DNA of 64,000 nucleotides from Parasitella parasitica NRRL 2501 (taxonomy: Eukaryota; Fungi; Mucoromycota), in NCBI GenBank assembly GCA_025201805.1, contig MU619251.1, positions 300,075 through 364,074 of the forward strand, written 5' to 3'. This document shows positions 26,199 through 37,255 of this stretch, piece by piece. Position 1 is the stretch's first letter. Each line of letters opens with the position of its first letter. The position numbers and the translations under genes are program-made. The notes beneath the pieces are model-generated. The model searched no databases, was not told where the DNA came from, and saw nothing but the letters and a program-made list of their open reading frames with translations.

Positions 26199-26964
26199 TT
26201 TGGTTGCCATTGTACAATCAACACTAACAACGGTATCCATGTACGTGTGCTTTACATATGTAATTCAAGGCTCCTTAATGTTTTAGCAGACATTTTATGT
26301 ATAACATGCCATTTATATTCTAGTTCTTGCATTTAATAATGGTGTGTGTATAAATGTCTATAACGATTGCAGGTTATCTTTACAGACTTCAAGTATGATG
26401 ATAGATGTTATCCTTGTTAGAGGTGCGATCAAAGTCGAAATCAAGGGATATTAATACTAGACGCAATGAGAAATATTATGCTTGTAGGCAATCACTGAGC
26501 CAGAAAGCTGTCATACTAATATGCTTTGCAGCAGAAGATGACCTCAATGATGCAACACTATTGGGGCATGAACCCCAAAATTAAATGATATACATGCTTT
26601 AATTGAGATATCGCTTGGGTCTCTTTTAAATGGATCACCTCTGCATTTATTCTCACAACAACGAAAGCTACAGTACACCGCCCACAATGTTTAATAACAG
26701 GTGTATCTTCGAGAAAGTATATATTTTCAATATGAAAAGATCGTGGGAACTATTATAGTAGAGTCAAGCAACAAAAGCTTGTGCAATGAGATGATGGCAG
26801 AGACCTATGCGGGGGCGAGTCTAAGTGACCAATAGCCTATTGTGTATAAAGGCCCTGGATAGATAATATTTTCCCTTTTTCTTCTTCTCTTTCCTCGACA
26901 CTTTTCTACTTTGAAAAAAAAAGAAAAAAAAAGAGAAAAAAACAAAGAAAAAAAAAAGGGCAGG

Positions 26965-27774
26965 ATGGATAAACTTCCGTTTGAAGTGTTGCTGCAAGTA
27001 TTTGAGTATATTCCTTTAGCAGAGTTCGGGTCGCTTTATGGTGTATTTGGGCAGTTATTTTTAGACGAAGCAGTGGTTTACAAACTTGGGAAGAACAGGA
27101 CACAACCTATTGTCAGTTTGATATCAACCAATCTCCATGAATTGGCCACAGACACAGTCAGCAGACGAAACGAATCATACTTATCAATGTACTACACCTC
27201 CTATGACCCCTCTCATAGATACATTTGGACTCTGCCTGATTTTAGTTGCTCGCAGCACTATTTTAAAGTCAAGGATGCGTATGTGTCCCATGGTAAACTT
27301 GTGCTTAGAAGGCCTCATGACAATACTCTTTCCAGTCAAAAAGCATTGGCTTCTTTATGGGACATAAGAAAACGCTTTCCGCCTACTCGAGCCGGCTCCT
27401 TTTCTGGTGCAAGTGAATACTCAAGAATCAAATCCCAAGAGTTGACTTTACATCAGCCAGGCTGTGTGTTGGACTCTTGTTTGATTCCTTCAGGTACAAA
27501 TAGTAGCGTGAAAATAATTAGTTTGGATGACAACATTAGTGAGAATACAAGGCTAGGCGTAGTTGATGGTGGAGAAGTGAAGGACGCAGTGCTGCTCAAG
27601 AGACCGGCGTTACCTTCAACTTATATGCGGCAGGTTCCTAAACTTGCTGCTGATGGCAGTGCTCGCTCGCCTCCATCCTTACTTGTACCTACCTACCCTG
27701 ACCCTACATGTGGTTATTTCCTGGTTGAGAGATTTGCTATTGATATTCCAACTTTTTTAAGGCTCTATTGTTGA
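26965..27774 (+). CDS. F-box-like protein, intronless
   Basis: N-terminal MDKLPFEVLLQVFEYIP F-box signature; TATAAA near 26845. The C-terminal part is not recognised. Confidence 0.6.
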   Translation: MDKLPFEVLLQVFEYIPLAEFGSLYGVFGQLFLDEAVVYKLGKNRTQPIVSLISTNLHELATDTVSRRNESYLSMYYTSYDPSHRYIWTLPDFSCSQHYFKVKDAYVSHGKLVLRRPHDNTLSSQKALASLWDIRKRFPPTRAGSFSGASEYSRIKSQELTLHQPGCVLDSCLIPSGTNSSVKIISLDDNISENTRLGVVDGGEVKDAVLLKRPALPSTYMRQVPKLAADGSARSPPSLLVPTYPDPTCGYFLVERFAIDIPTFLRLYC

Positions 27775-28940
27775 ACGTTTCGACATATTCATCCACGTTT
27801 TGTACCATTTTCTTTCTTTTTCCCTTACATACACTTCCACTTTTCCATATCACTTGAATATTCTGTATACACATCTATTCTCAAATATACATACACATAC
27901 ACACATGAAGATATTCCTCCAACTTGGAGCATCTAGATTTATGATATACCAAATTTGTAGTTTGTTATTCAATAAAGCTTTAAATTTTTATCCAATCAAA
28001 TCAGATACCAAGGAGTACAATGATGTCAAGTATAGCTGATGAAGTTCTGATATCATTTGTGTTGCTCTCTCTGGTCGCATTAGTCACATCTAAAACAAAG
28101 CAGCTCAATTTTACATTCATTTTCTTCAGATTAGACGACTTTCAAACTTTGAAGGGTTTTTACTGTATATATTGTATGTTCAACATGTATCGTGCTTTTA
28201 TCAAAATTAATAGTGAATATTCTGAAAAACGATTTAGGATTTTAGTTTCTATTTTTCTTCCAATGCTTACCTACTTGTTTGAAAATTCATAAAAGTAGTT
28301 TTTGGGAGAATTCACTATAAAAGTAAACTGGAGTTGGTTGCGCAATCTACAAGTCATATGCTTATGTATTATTTTTACTCTGATAAATAAGATAGTAAAA
28401 ATTTTCCAACCGAAGCATCGGTTTCAGTTCAAATTTGAAGTGACATATTGTACCCACAAAACAACAATGACCATGCACTTTGAATAAGTGAGAGAGTATC
28501 ATACAGCTTAAAATGATCTTCCAAATACTCGATTCTAAAAGCACTGCTAGCCCAATAAAAGGAGTGCACAACCAAATATCTAGACTTTTAAAAAATAGTG
28601 TCAGTATAAAGTATGTAAGATACTGTACATCCGAATAAACCTAGTGATATTACTCATTACCCAGGACGTGTTCATTGTTGCGTTTTTCGATTTTAATTCC
28701 ATCTTGACCAATTCCATGGCTAGTACTTAAGACCATCAACAAGATTACGTTTAGTACTGTGTTCAGACATTCATAAAGTTCGAAATACGAACATACGTAT
28801 ACTAGCAGCGTATCTCCATTCGGAGCAGCAAGGTTAAGTTGACGTCTGATGTCCTGTAAGTGCATAAACATTTTTCTGACGATGACTTTTGCCAGGAGCA
28901 ATGAGACTGATCATGCGCCTTCTGGTGATGAGCAACTTGT

Positions 28941-28955
28941 TTTGGGTGGTGAGTA
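28941..28955 (+). promoter_or_regulatory. Motif TTTGGGTGGTGAGTA upstream of knottin-like gene 1
   Basis: Identical 15-mer at 30352-30366 upstream of paralog 2, while surrounding DNA is diverged; TATAAATA follows at ~29024. Confidence 0.6.
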
Positions 28956-29095
28956 GTCTCCTAGTAAATCTTTGTATCTATCATGCATTCATAAAAGCTA
29001 TGCTATAAAGTCTTTGAAATGCCTATAAATACCAGACTCATTTTTGGTCCTAAAAGTATTTCTCAACAATCTGTCTGTCGCAAACATTTTTCAAA

Positions 29096-29272
29096 ATGCA
29101 ACTCAATCTCAAAATCTGTGTCATTTCCACCGTTCTTTTATGCATGTTGGTGGCAGAAACTACTCAAAGAAAGCTCATACGTCCGCCTGAATGCTTCAAT
29201 AATCAATGTACTGGTGAAAGCTCTTGCTGTCCTAATACAGAGTGCCGTGATGGAAGATGCCAGTTATCTTAG
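29096..29272 (+). CDS. Secreted six-Cys knottin (ICK)-like peptide 1, 58 aa
   Basis: MQLNLKICVISTVLLCMLVAETTQRKLIRPPECFNNQCTGESSCCPNTECRDGRCQLS*: signal peptide plus C-x4-C-x5-CC-x4-C-x4-C; TATA upstream, AATAAA at ~29342. Not in the ORF track. Confidence 0.8.
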   Translation: MQLNLKICVISTVLLCMLVAETTQRKLIRPPECFNNQCTGESSCCPNTECRDGRCQLS

Positions 29273-30185
29273 ATATAATGGACCTTCTTCTGTATCAGAA
29301 AAGGAAGGAGTATATACAACTGTAGATATTCAACATCATACAATAAATATATACCCTATTTTCTTCGTCATTTAAACTTACAATCTTACATGATTTAAAA
29401 ATGTGCTTGCAATTTTAGTTTTGTAGTTGAACACTGAATTTAAGAATATACAAAAAAAGGTGAAGCAGTACATGTCATTAGATCAAGAGCAAAAACATAT
29501 AGTCTATCAGAAAACTCCCAAAAATAGCTCTTCTTATTGTATTTGAACAGTGATGTCAAAAAACTCTTGATTGCAAGTGAACATGCTTATTTTGTGAAGA
29601 AATCATGGGGTCGGCCACAAAAAGTAAAAGCCAATGGCCAATCCATTTTGATCTGTCTATGTAACCGCCAATAGGCACTTGTATAATTAGATATTGACAA
29701 TGGTGATACAGTTGCTGATTTCTCTTCATGTGGATCTTCAAATAATTTCGATCAAAGACCGTATGAGGTCAAGCAGCTCAGTTGCACAATCTTGGCATAA
29801 CTAAGATGTGAAATTCTACCTAACTTGAGAAATCAATGCAAGTCTATAGATCATTTTCATTTTGACACTTCTAAAATAACGATGCTGAAGATCGTTATCT
29901 TTTGAGGTTATAAAAATATTCTTAAAACGTGGTTCTGTTCTAAATGGAGCGTAAGACCAATAAATTTAGATTTGGAGACACTTTTGTCATGGCAAGATGT
30001 CCTTAGAAGGACGAGAAAAAATGTTATTTAAGCAGGATCACACGCTTAGATTAAACAGGGGAAGTTTTTGAAATGGACAGCAGCAATAGCCGAACGATGA
30101 GAGGAGAAAATAGCATACGTTTTGAGAAAAGATAGCTTCAGATTAGCACACATGGTGAAAGCGACATGTAGATGCTACGTGATCG

Positions 30186-30270
30186 CTCACCACCCAAAAG
30201 AAAGCTAACCGCCCAAAGAGAGTTTTTAACCGCCTAAATAGAATTTTTAACCGCCTAAAGTGAATTTTTT
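30186..30270 (+). repeat. Short array of related ACC(A/G)CC(C/T)AAA units upstream of knottin-like gene 2
   Basis: ctcaccacccaaaa, ctaaccgcccaaa, ttaaccgcctaaa, ttaaccgcctaaa at ~20-bp spacing; the first is the reverse complement of the TTTGGGTGGTGAG motif. Confidence 0.75.
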
Positions 30271-30351
30271 GTCCTTGTGGCAGTTGTGCCAATCAATCTT
30301 TTTTTGGAAACAAACAATGAGATATGCAGCACATTGAACAAAAAAGCCCGC

Positions 30352-30366
30352 TTTGGGTGGTGAGTA
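30352..30366 (+). promoter_or_regulatory. Motif TTTGGGTGGTGAGTA upstream of knottin-like gene 2
   Basis: Exact copy of 28941-28955; TATAAATA at 30421. Confidence 0.6.
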
Positions 30367-30495
30367 TCCCTCATCACCAATTGCATTTTTATGTCATTTT
30401 CTGAAGCTAATTCTACCATCTATAAATATCGGGTTCTTCACAGGCTTTGATTGCTTTTCAAATCATATCTCTTTTATCATCAACACTTTTCCAGC

Positions 30496-30672
30496 ATGCT
30501 CTTCAACCTCAAAGCCTGTGCCCTTTCTCTCACTCTATTGTCCTTGTTCGTCGCAAAAACTGCCCAGAAACTCGTTGACGCACCCCCCTGTTTCCTTCAA
30601 TCGTGTGCTAATACGCCTTGTTGTCCTGGTACCGTGTGTATGAATGAGCAATGTTTCCCTAGTAGTCAATAA
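30496..30672 (+). CDS. Secreted six-Cys knottin (ICK)-like peptide 2, 58 aa
   Basis: MLFNLKACALSLTLLSLFVAKTAQKLVDAPPCFLQSCANTPCCPGTVCMNEQCFPSSQ*: C-x4-C-x4-CC-x4-C-x4-C; AATAAA at ~30754. Confidence 0.82.
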   Translation: MLFNLKACALSLTLLSLFVAKTAQKLVDAPPCFLQSCANTPCCPGTVCMNEQCFPSSQ

Positions 30673-30980
30673 CTTGTGGAGTTTCCTTCGTACATAGATA
30701 TATATATACATATATATAAACATATGATTATAGAAAAAAATGTTACATAACACAATAAACTCGTATTACAATGTCTGGCCATTTAAACTATAAAGTTCCC
30801 TGAAATGCCCAAATTACACCTTACTTTCTGTGATCTGACTCTTTGGGTTCCAAAATCTAAAATAGAAAATCTGAAAGTCTCCTTCTGGAACTTGAATGGC
30901 CGCCGAGTTTTTTCATAAAATGCTCGCCGAGAAATAAAAGCTTTCTTTAGCCTCATTTTTCAATATAAAAAAAACTGAGT

Positions 30981-32480
30981 ATGGGGAACACTCTTAGTTC
31001 GCAAAAGCACCAATGTCTCAAAACACAAGAGTTCAAAGAGACCGGATTTGAAAGCTTGACTGAAGTGTCGTCCTGCCTACGCGGAGCAATCATTGAACTG
31101 GTGAGCGATGATTCATGTGGAAACGCCTCCAATTTGATAAAGAAGGGCAACGTAAATCGAATGTTAAACTTGGACGACTTCAGTAAAGCGGTGAATGACA
31201 TTGATTCAATAGTATATTATACTCAATTAGCAATCTATAGGTGAGGAAACTGATGGCTGGCTGACAAAGAGACACGAATCGGCTGGGAGGTAAACGACAG
31301 TAACGTATGAGCAGTTGACTGCAGGCTGTATTGATATTCATAATTTGGGCAGCGCTACAGTGACGTTGTGTAATGACAGTAAAATTCTCGGCATCGACAT
31401 TGATACTACGGGATATATAGACAGTTGCCCTTCTTTTGCAAGCGTTGAAGGATATCGATCGTCAGACATGACGGTAAGTCAATTGCATTAGTGGTATGGT
31501 GCTTTGCTTTGCTTTGAATTTAACGCTTAACAGTGGCAGGCTCTCATGCCCCAGTCGAGGATCAATGCCGACTCACATAATTTTTTCAGTATCAAGGAGT
31601 CGAATGTCTATTCAAGCGTCAGGTTAAACGTCATTCCAGGTGGTGGCATCGTAAGTGGGGAGGGAGGCGGGTTTTTTGTTTATTGATTTGACATGTGTAT
31701 TTTTTTTTTATATTTTTTTTGACAGGCCCGCTTTCGAGTGTATGGGGAAATATCGCCTGATTGGTTAGACAATACAAAGGATTACAATCTGGCGTCTGCC
31801 AATCTGGGTGCTCGCATCGTTCGCTGGACAGATCAACGCAATGCAAACAATCCCAACATTCTGCTAGACAATGGAACTGAAATGCAAGTGCTTTTCCTTT
31901 ACGCTTTATTTGATGGTTTTGACGAGCTATTTTAAATAGATCTGAAGGCTGGCTGACCCCTCGCTCACGATTCGGAGAAGAGAGAAACGATTTCATCTTG
32001 ATCCAGCTAGCTACAGCTGGCATTCTCGAATCCATCATCATTGACACGAATGGATTTGGCGCACACTCGCCCGAAAATGTATTTATCCAAGGCTGCTACA
32101 GTAAAGACGTAGACCCACATTATGACCAATTTACCCGTTGGGTATGTCTAGTCTCGCATGGCTCGGTTGTTCCTGCAGATAAAACTGTTTTCCATGTCAA
32201 TTTCAAAAGAGCTATTACTCACATTCGATTGTATCTTGTTCCGGACGGAGGTATTCAGCAAATCAAGGTCATTGGCAAGCCTTCAGAGAAAGAGGACAAG
32301 CAGCCATTGTTAATCCAGTCTTTAGCCAAAGGAAAGAGTGTCCAAGACGATGCCGAACAAGAAGAGGAGGATAAAGTGGCAGGGTCTATGATTGACCAGT
32401 GCAGCAAAAGATCAGCTATTGAGCAACTGAATGTCCTGGATCAGACAGCGAAAAAGGGCAAGCGGCTTCGCAGCGATTAA
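30981..32480 (+). CDS. Divergent allantoicase-like protein (two repeats), 6 exons
   Basis: ELVSDD; DGWLTKRH; GIDIDTTG; VRLNVIPGGGIARFRVYG; NLASANLGARIV; EGWLTPRSR; IIIDTNGF; THIRLYLVPDGGI. Confidence 0.75.
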
Positions 32481-33023
32481 TTGTTTTTATTTTTTACTTT
32501 CATTGTTGCCACTCCTAAAAAAACTAATATTGTCATAATTACTCTAATCATTTCTTTAATAAAGCAGCCCCAATCAGTGAATAAAGATTCTATATTCGAA
32601 TGTGTGCAAAGCAAGTATGGCTCCTTTGAAATCACAGGCACAACGTTATCCAGCATCTCTATGTTACGCCAAGATGCTTTGAATCCTTTCTATAGGGTCT
32701 TTTGGCCGGCAATGGCCGTTGAATAAATATTAAATCAACCCAGCAAAAACTGACGCATCGTGTTGTTAACAATAAAGTGCAATAATAACGATAATGATAG
32801 CAACTGATTAATAAATCCATGCAATAATGAAATAGTAGGCTGCCACTGGGACCAAGTTGAAATTCATCATTGCACACACTGCAATTAACTGTCCGCCAAA
32901 CAAGTGCACTTTTAATTGCTGATGGCCATGCAAATCATCTTTCTTCCTCTTCTTTACCTTTTTTTTTTCTTCTTCTTCTTCTCTTCGTCCCAGTTTCCTC
33001 GATTCTTTCAGCGATATTCACCA

Positions 33024-36000
33024 ATGGCCAACAGTCCTGCACCCGCTTCTCGAGTTGCAGACTACTTTTTTGTAGCAGGGCTCCACGATGATCACTTGCT
33101 AGCAACCTTTGAGTCTGCTAAAAAGTACCAAAGGACAGGTGACAATGACGTATCGTACTACCGGCAGCAGGAGCAAGCCGTCTTGGGCAAACCGACAATG
33201 TCAGACTCTCCTCCAACACCAGACACTATTGAATCTACCATGCGAGCTTCTGCGGGGAATCGTCGCCGTGGCTATTCCGTTGTCGAGCCGCCAGTCCTAC
33301 ACTCAACTTTATCGGAAGCTGCTACTTCCGCTTCTTTGTTGGGTGTATTGGACCATGTTCAGCATGTCATCGACAATTTTGACAAAGAAAGAGATACGGC
33401 CCGAGATAATGTGATTGCTGTGCAGGGTCCTCACAATACGGAGAAATACAACAGAAGCGATAGCGACAAGACAATTACGATGAGCAGTAATCACAGATCC
33501 AGCGTTTACTCTATAGATGAAGCGACAAGACGAATGTCTATTCGAGATGCAAATTCTTCCACTTCCACGAGGACATGGAGAAGCCCATCAGACCCCAAGA
33601 AAAGTAGGTTTATTTACACTGTGTATATATGAGCGCGTACAGAGGCTAATATACATTGGATGCAGTGGATAAACCAAAACGGTTCTCGTCAATATCTGTC
33701 AAAAAGTCACCGTCGACGGAGAGTGTGCCAGCTAGCTCTCCAGAGCCAAAAGAAGTGCCTAATATCTTGGACCTCAAATATACACCAACTGTACTGATGC
33801 GATACCCTAAAACAAACTATTCATTTGACACACCCTTTCCAGCCTATGCAGCCATGGTAAGGCAAAACTGTAATTGAATAAAAAAAAAAAACCATTGACG
33901 CCAACGTTCGCGACAGTTCTGCTTTCCAAGAGATATATCCCTATACTTTGGAGATATACCACCGCCACCAGAACAGTGCCATTCATTCGTAAGTCTACAC
34001 ACCCGCGCTCCTCATTATTGTTGTATGAGCTAAACATTTTACCTGCAAATCTTATAGACAATGACAGATGAAAACGGAGCTACGGTGTATGGTACATGTG
34101 TTGTGTTTTATGAAAAGTTGGCAGACAAGCTCAAGGAGCCCGTGAACAATGCAATTAAAGATTGGGTAAAGGCCAATATGACTGCGAGCTCAGTTGAGTA
34201 TGCTCAACATCTGCAAGGAAAACTTGATTTCGAGAAGGACGAATTAGAAAAGGCGAAAAAGGATCAGGCGCAGATGACAATTGGATTATCAAAACGGGGA
34301 AAAGATGGCCACTTGCTCGAGATTGAAGAGAGAATCAGAACCTGTCAAGAAAATATTGGACTTTATAAGGAATTGCTGGAACCTGTCAAAATGGGGGTTT
34401 GCACTGCTGATGACGTTTGGGTGCCCAAGAGCATTGGGTTACTTGCCAAAATGCCTTGGATGGATTTGTTCAGCGACTGGATCCGAATTCTGCTCGATAA
34501 CATTGTGGGCGTTGGTGGCCATAGAAACAACCCAAAGCCTACCATCGACATTGAGACCACTGTCATCAACCTGATAGAGGAAGTACCTTTACCGCCTCCT
34601 GGCAGATTTGAAATTGGATTAACTATCAACAAGAGACCCTTGTTCTTTTCGAGACCTCCTATCAATCAAGTGCCTGTTTTGAAAAATGTAAGTTTTGGCG
34701 CTATGTATGCTGAACCTGTGTTATACTAAATACTAAATACTAAATACTACTATTAGTTTTCATTATTCCCTTTATTTCGTGCTTTATCACCCCACCTGAT
34801 TCTTGCAGTGTTAGAGGCAAGTAATTTATACATCTCCCTGAATTTTCTTGACTAATTGTTTCCCATAGACTCTACTAGCAGAAGGCAAAGTATTGTTCTT
34901 GTCGCAATATCCAGGGATGCTTTCCCTGGCATGTGAGTCGTTTCGATACTTGCTTTTTCCCTTTTATTGGCAATTTGTATTCATTCCAGTTTTGCCAGAA
35001 CGACTATTGACTTGCTTACAAGCACCTGTGCCGTATATGATTGGATTTCAGGGAAATATGGCAGACTTGGAAGACCATGCTCCAGAGGACGTTTGTATTG
35101 TAAATTTGGATAGCAATAGCATGCATCACAGCCAAAGATCAATGCCAATACCCGACAGACAGCGACGAAAACTTCAGTCGGCCCTTGAACTGTACGCTCC
35201 TTTGCATACGAAATGCAAAATCCCTTATGGCGTCCCATTGCCTGTCCAGTGCACTTACCCTAAAGGGAAGATGATCCTCAACTGCACTCGTTCCAGGGCC
35301 ACAGATATTTTCATTAGTCCTGCAAGACCTAGGGACTCTGAAAGCTCAGATACCAATACTTCAGTCTGGTCTCACTCAGCATCTTTCATGTCTAAACCCT
35401 CTGGTTTTTGGTCCAGCAATGCAAGCACACGTAGCTCCGACGAATCAGCTACCTCTATCAGCAATGCAAATCCAACTAAAGCCACTACTCCTATTCTATC
35501 AAAGATCAATACAGGCGAGCACATGCTGCCTCAGCTCCCTGGTCTGGCAATGCTGTCTACGAGCACTGGCAACTACGCTTCTTCTTCTACCAGTTCTTTG
35601 CATAGTCCTCCAATGAGCCCCATTAGACCCACCACAAGTATCCAATCTTTACATTCAGCATCGTCAAACGTCTCTCGATCTCCAAACCAACGCGTATCTA
35701 TGCCGTCCCCTATCACAGCTGCTAATGTCACTTCACTGGACAAACAAAATTCTTATAGAAAGGCCAATTACAGACGGTCTGACCCTCCACCAAAGCCGGC
35801 AGAACAAGATGTATGTAACAATCCAAGCAATCAGCTTATCTTTTCTAACTGCAGTCTTTTGATAGAACTCATCCAAAACTCGACTCGCCAGCTTCATGTC
35901 AAAACCAAAGGCTGTATTCCAGCAATTGGAACACACAGAGGCTCGCAACAGCAACATAACTACATCTCCTCGGATTTCCATTACCTACAACGATAATTTT

Positions 36001-36901
36001 GATCATGGCTATCATAATCAAGTACCGCGTCGTGTGAAACATATCGAAGGCCACATCATGGCCGAAATTTTTACTGCTGAACTTGGTAGATTCCAGGGAT
36101 ATCGTTGTGTTTGCGGCAAGCAGGTATCAGAAGAAGAGGATGAGGCTAGTCGTAAGCCTCGTATGTTTATGTGCTGTCAAGGTAAAAACAAAAAACAAAA
36201 ACAGAAAATGTTCATTTACTATTTCAGCGACTTATTTCTTTACGAACCTAAGAGTGCCATTTAGTAACTCATAATACGTGCACAGATCAGATTTTGCACC
36301 CCTGCTTACCCACTTGTTTTGACGAGCAAAAGGTACACAATGCATTTATTCGCATGTTTGCTTCACTGCTGTATAATTACAGAACTGGGTTTGTGGATCA
36401 TCTCGAATCGGGATCGATTACTGCAAGCGATGCCAATGGAGTTGCAAAGAAAGGTGTGTACTTTTCCAAAGAAAGGTTCCTAAAGCATTCAGATAAGGAC
36501 ACAAAGGTAATGAGAATGATACACGATGAATAGTTGGGACCATGGCAGCTAATTGTATAATAACACTAGACCTTTTTGTCAAATTTGAGTGGTTCGCAGA
36601 TGTTTACTCAGTTTATCACGGACAGACTCTTAAAATCGAGCCAGGACCCTGAAATTTTGGTCTTTGACGAATACATCAAGCTCAAACTAAACCGCTCTAA
36701 ACTTAAATTTGTTAAAGAAGAAACACCGTTCCTGAATGTAAGGTTATTCTAAGCTTCTTTGCCGATATGTACTGACATGTGCAAATATAGGATGAATCGT
36801 TCAGAGTATCACAAATAATATGGGCAACTCCTCCGCCCGATGTAAAGTTCATCAATCAAGGCGATTGCAAAAGATTCCCAACAAATCTTCCTTTTTTATA
36901 G
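33024..36901 (+). CDS. DENN-domain protein (putative Rab GEF) with a C1-like Cys/His domain, multi-exon
   Basis: RVADYFFVAG; LMRYP; FCFP; MTDENGATVYGTCVVFYE; VWVPKSIGLL; EVPLPPPG; LLFPFYWQFVFIPVLP; LQAPVPYMIG; dDENN SQMFTQFI; ends RFPTNLPFL*. Confidence 0.88.
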
Positions 36902-37255
36902 CATTCTTCTATCTTGTACATTCTCATTTTCTGTATTATTTCATTTTATTTTTTACATATTTCTATAGATTCAACCACTACGCCGTTAATAAATACATAA
37001 TTCTGGCTCCATCCAACAAAAATCTTTGATAATTTAGAAAATGCCTGTTTACTGCATATCAAAGGTGGTTTGGCCTTTTTTTCTGCTGGATTAAATGCCT
37101 TCGATGGTGCTAACAACTATTCATCTTGTTTATCCGTACCTCTTTTAAGACGCAGATGCTTGATCCTGTATTAAGCTTGTTGAAATGATGAAAAGTGATA
37201 TAAATTTTTGCCATGTCCTTCTCATATTTTTTTTTTCTCAACAAGTGGCGAATCT

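Noticed and set aside
28653-28953. Second MITE with TA-flanked degenerate TIR (CTCATTACCCAGG)
   Set aside because: Only 9/13 match, and the interior is unrelated to the other candidate.
29019-29375. 118-aa track ORF
   Set aside because: Its ATG precedes the TATA box; it is an off-frame shadow of the knottin-like gene.
30186-30364. MITE bounded by CTCACCACCCAAA/TTTGGGTGGTGAG inverted repeats
   Set aside because: The left end has no TA or other TSD, and the same motif is positionally conserved before both peptide paralogs, so a promoter element fits better. Not fully excluded.
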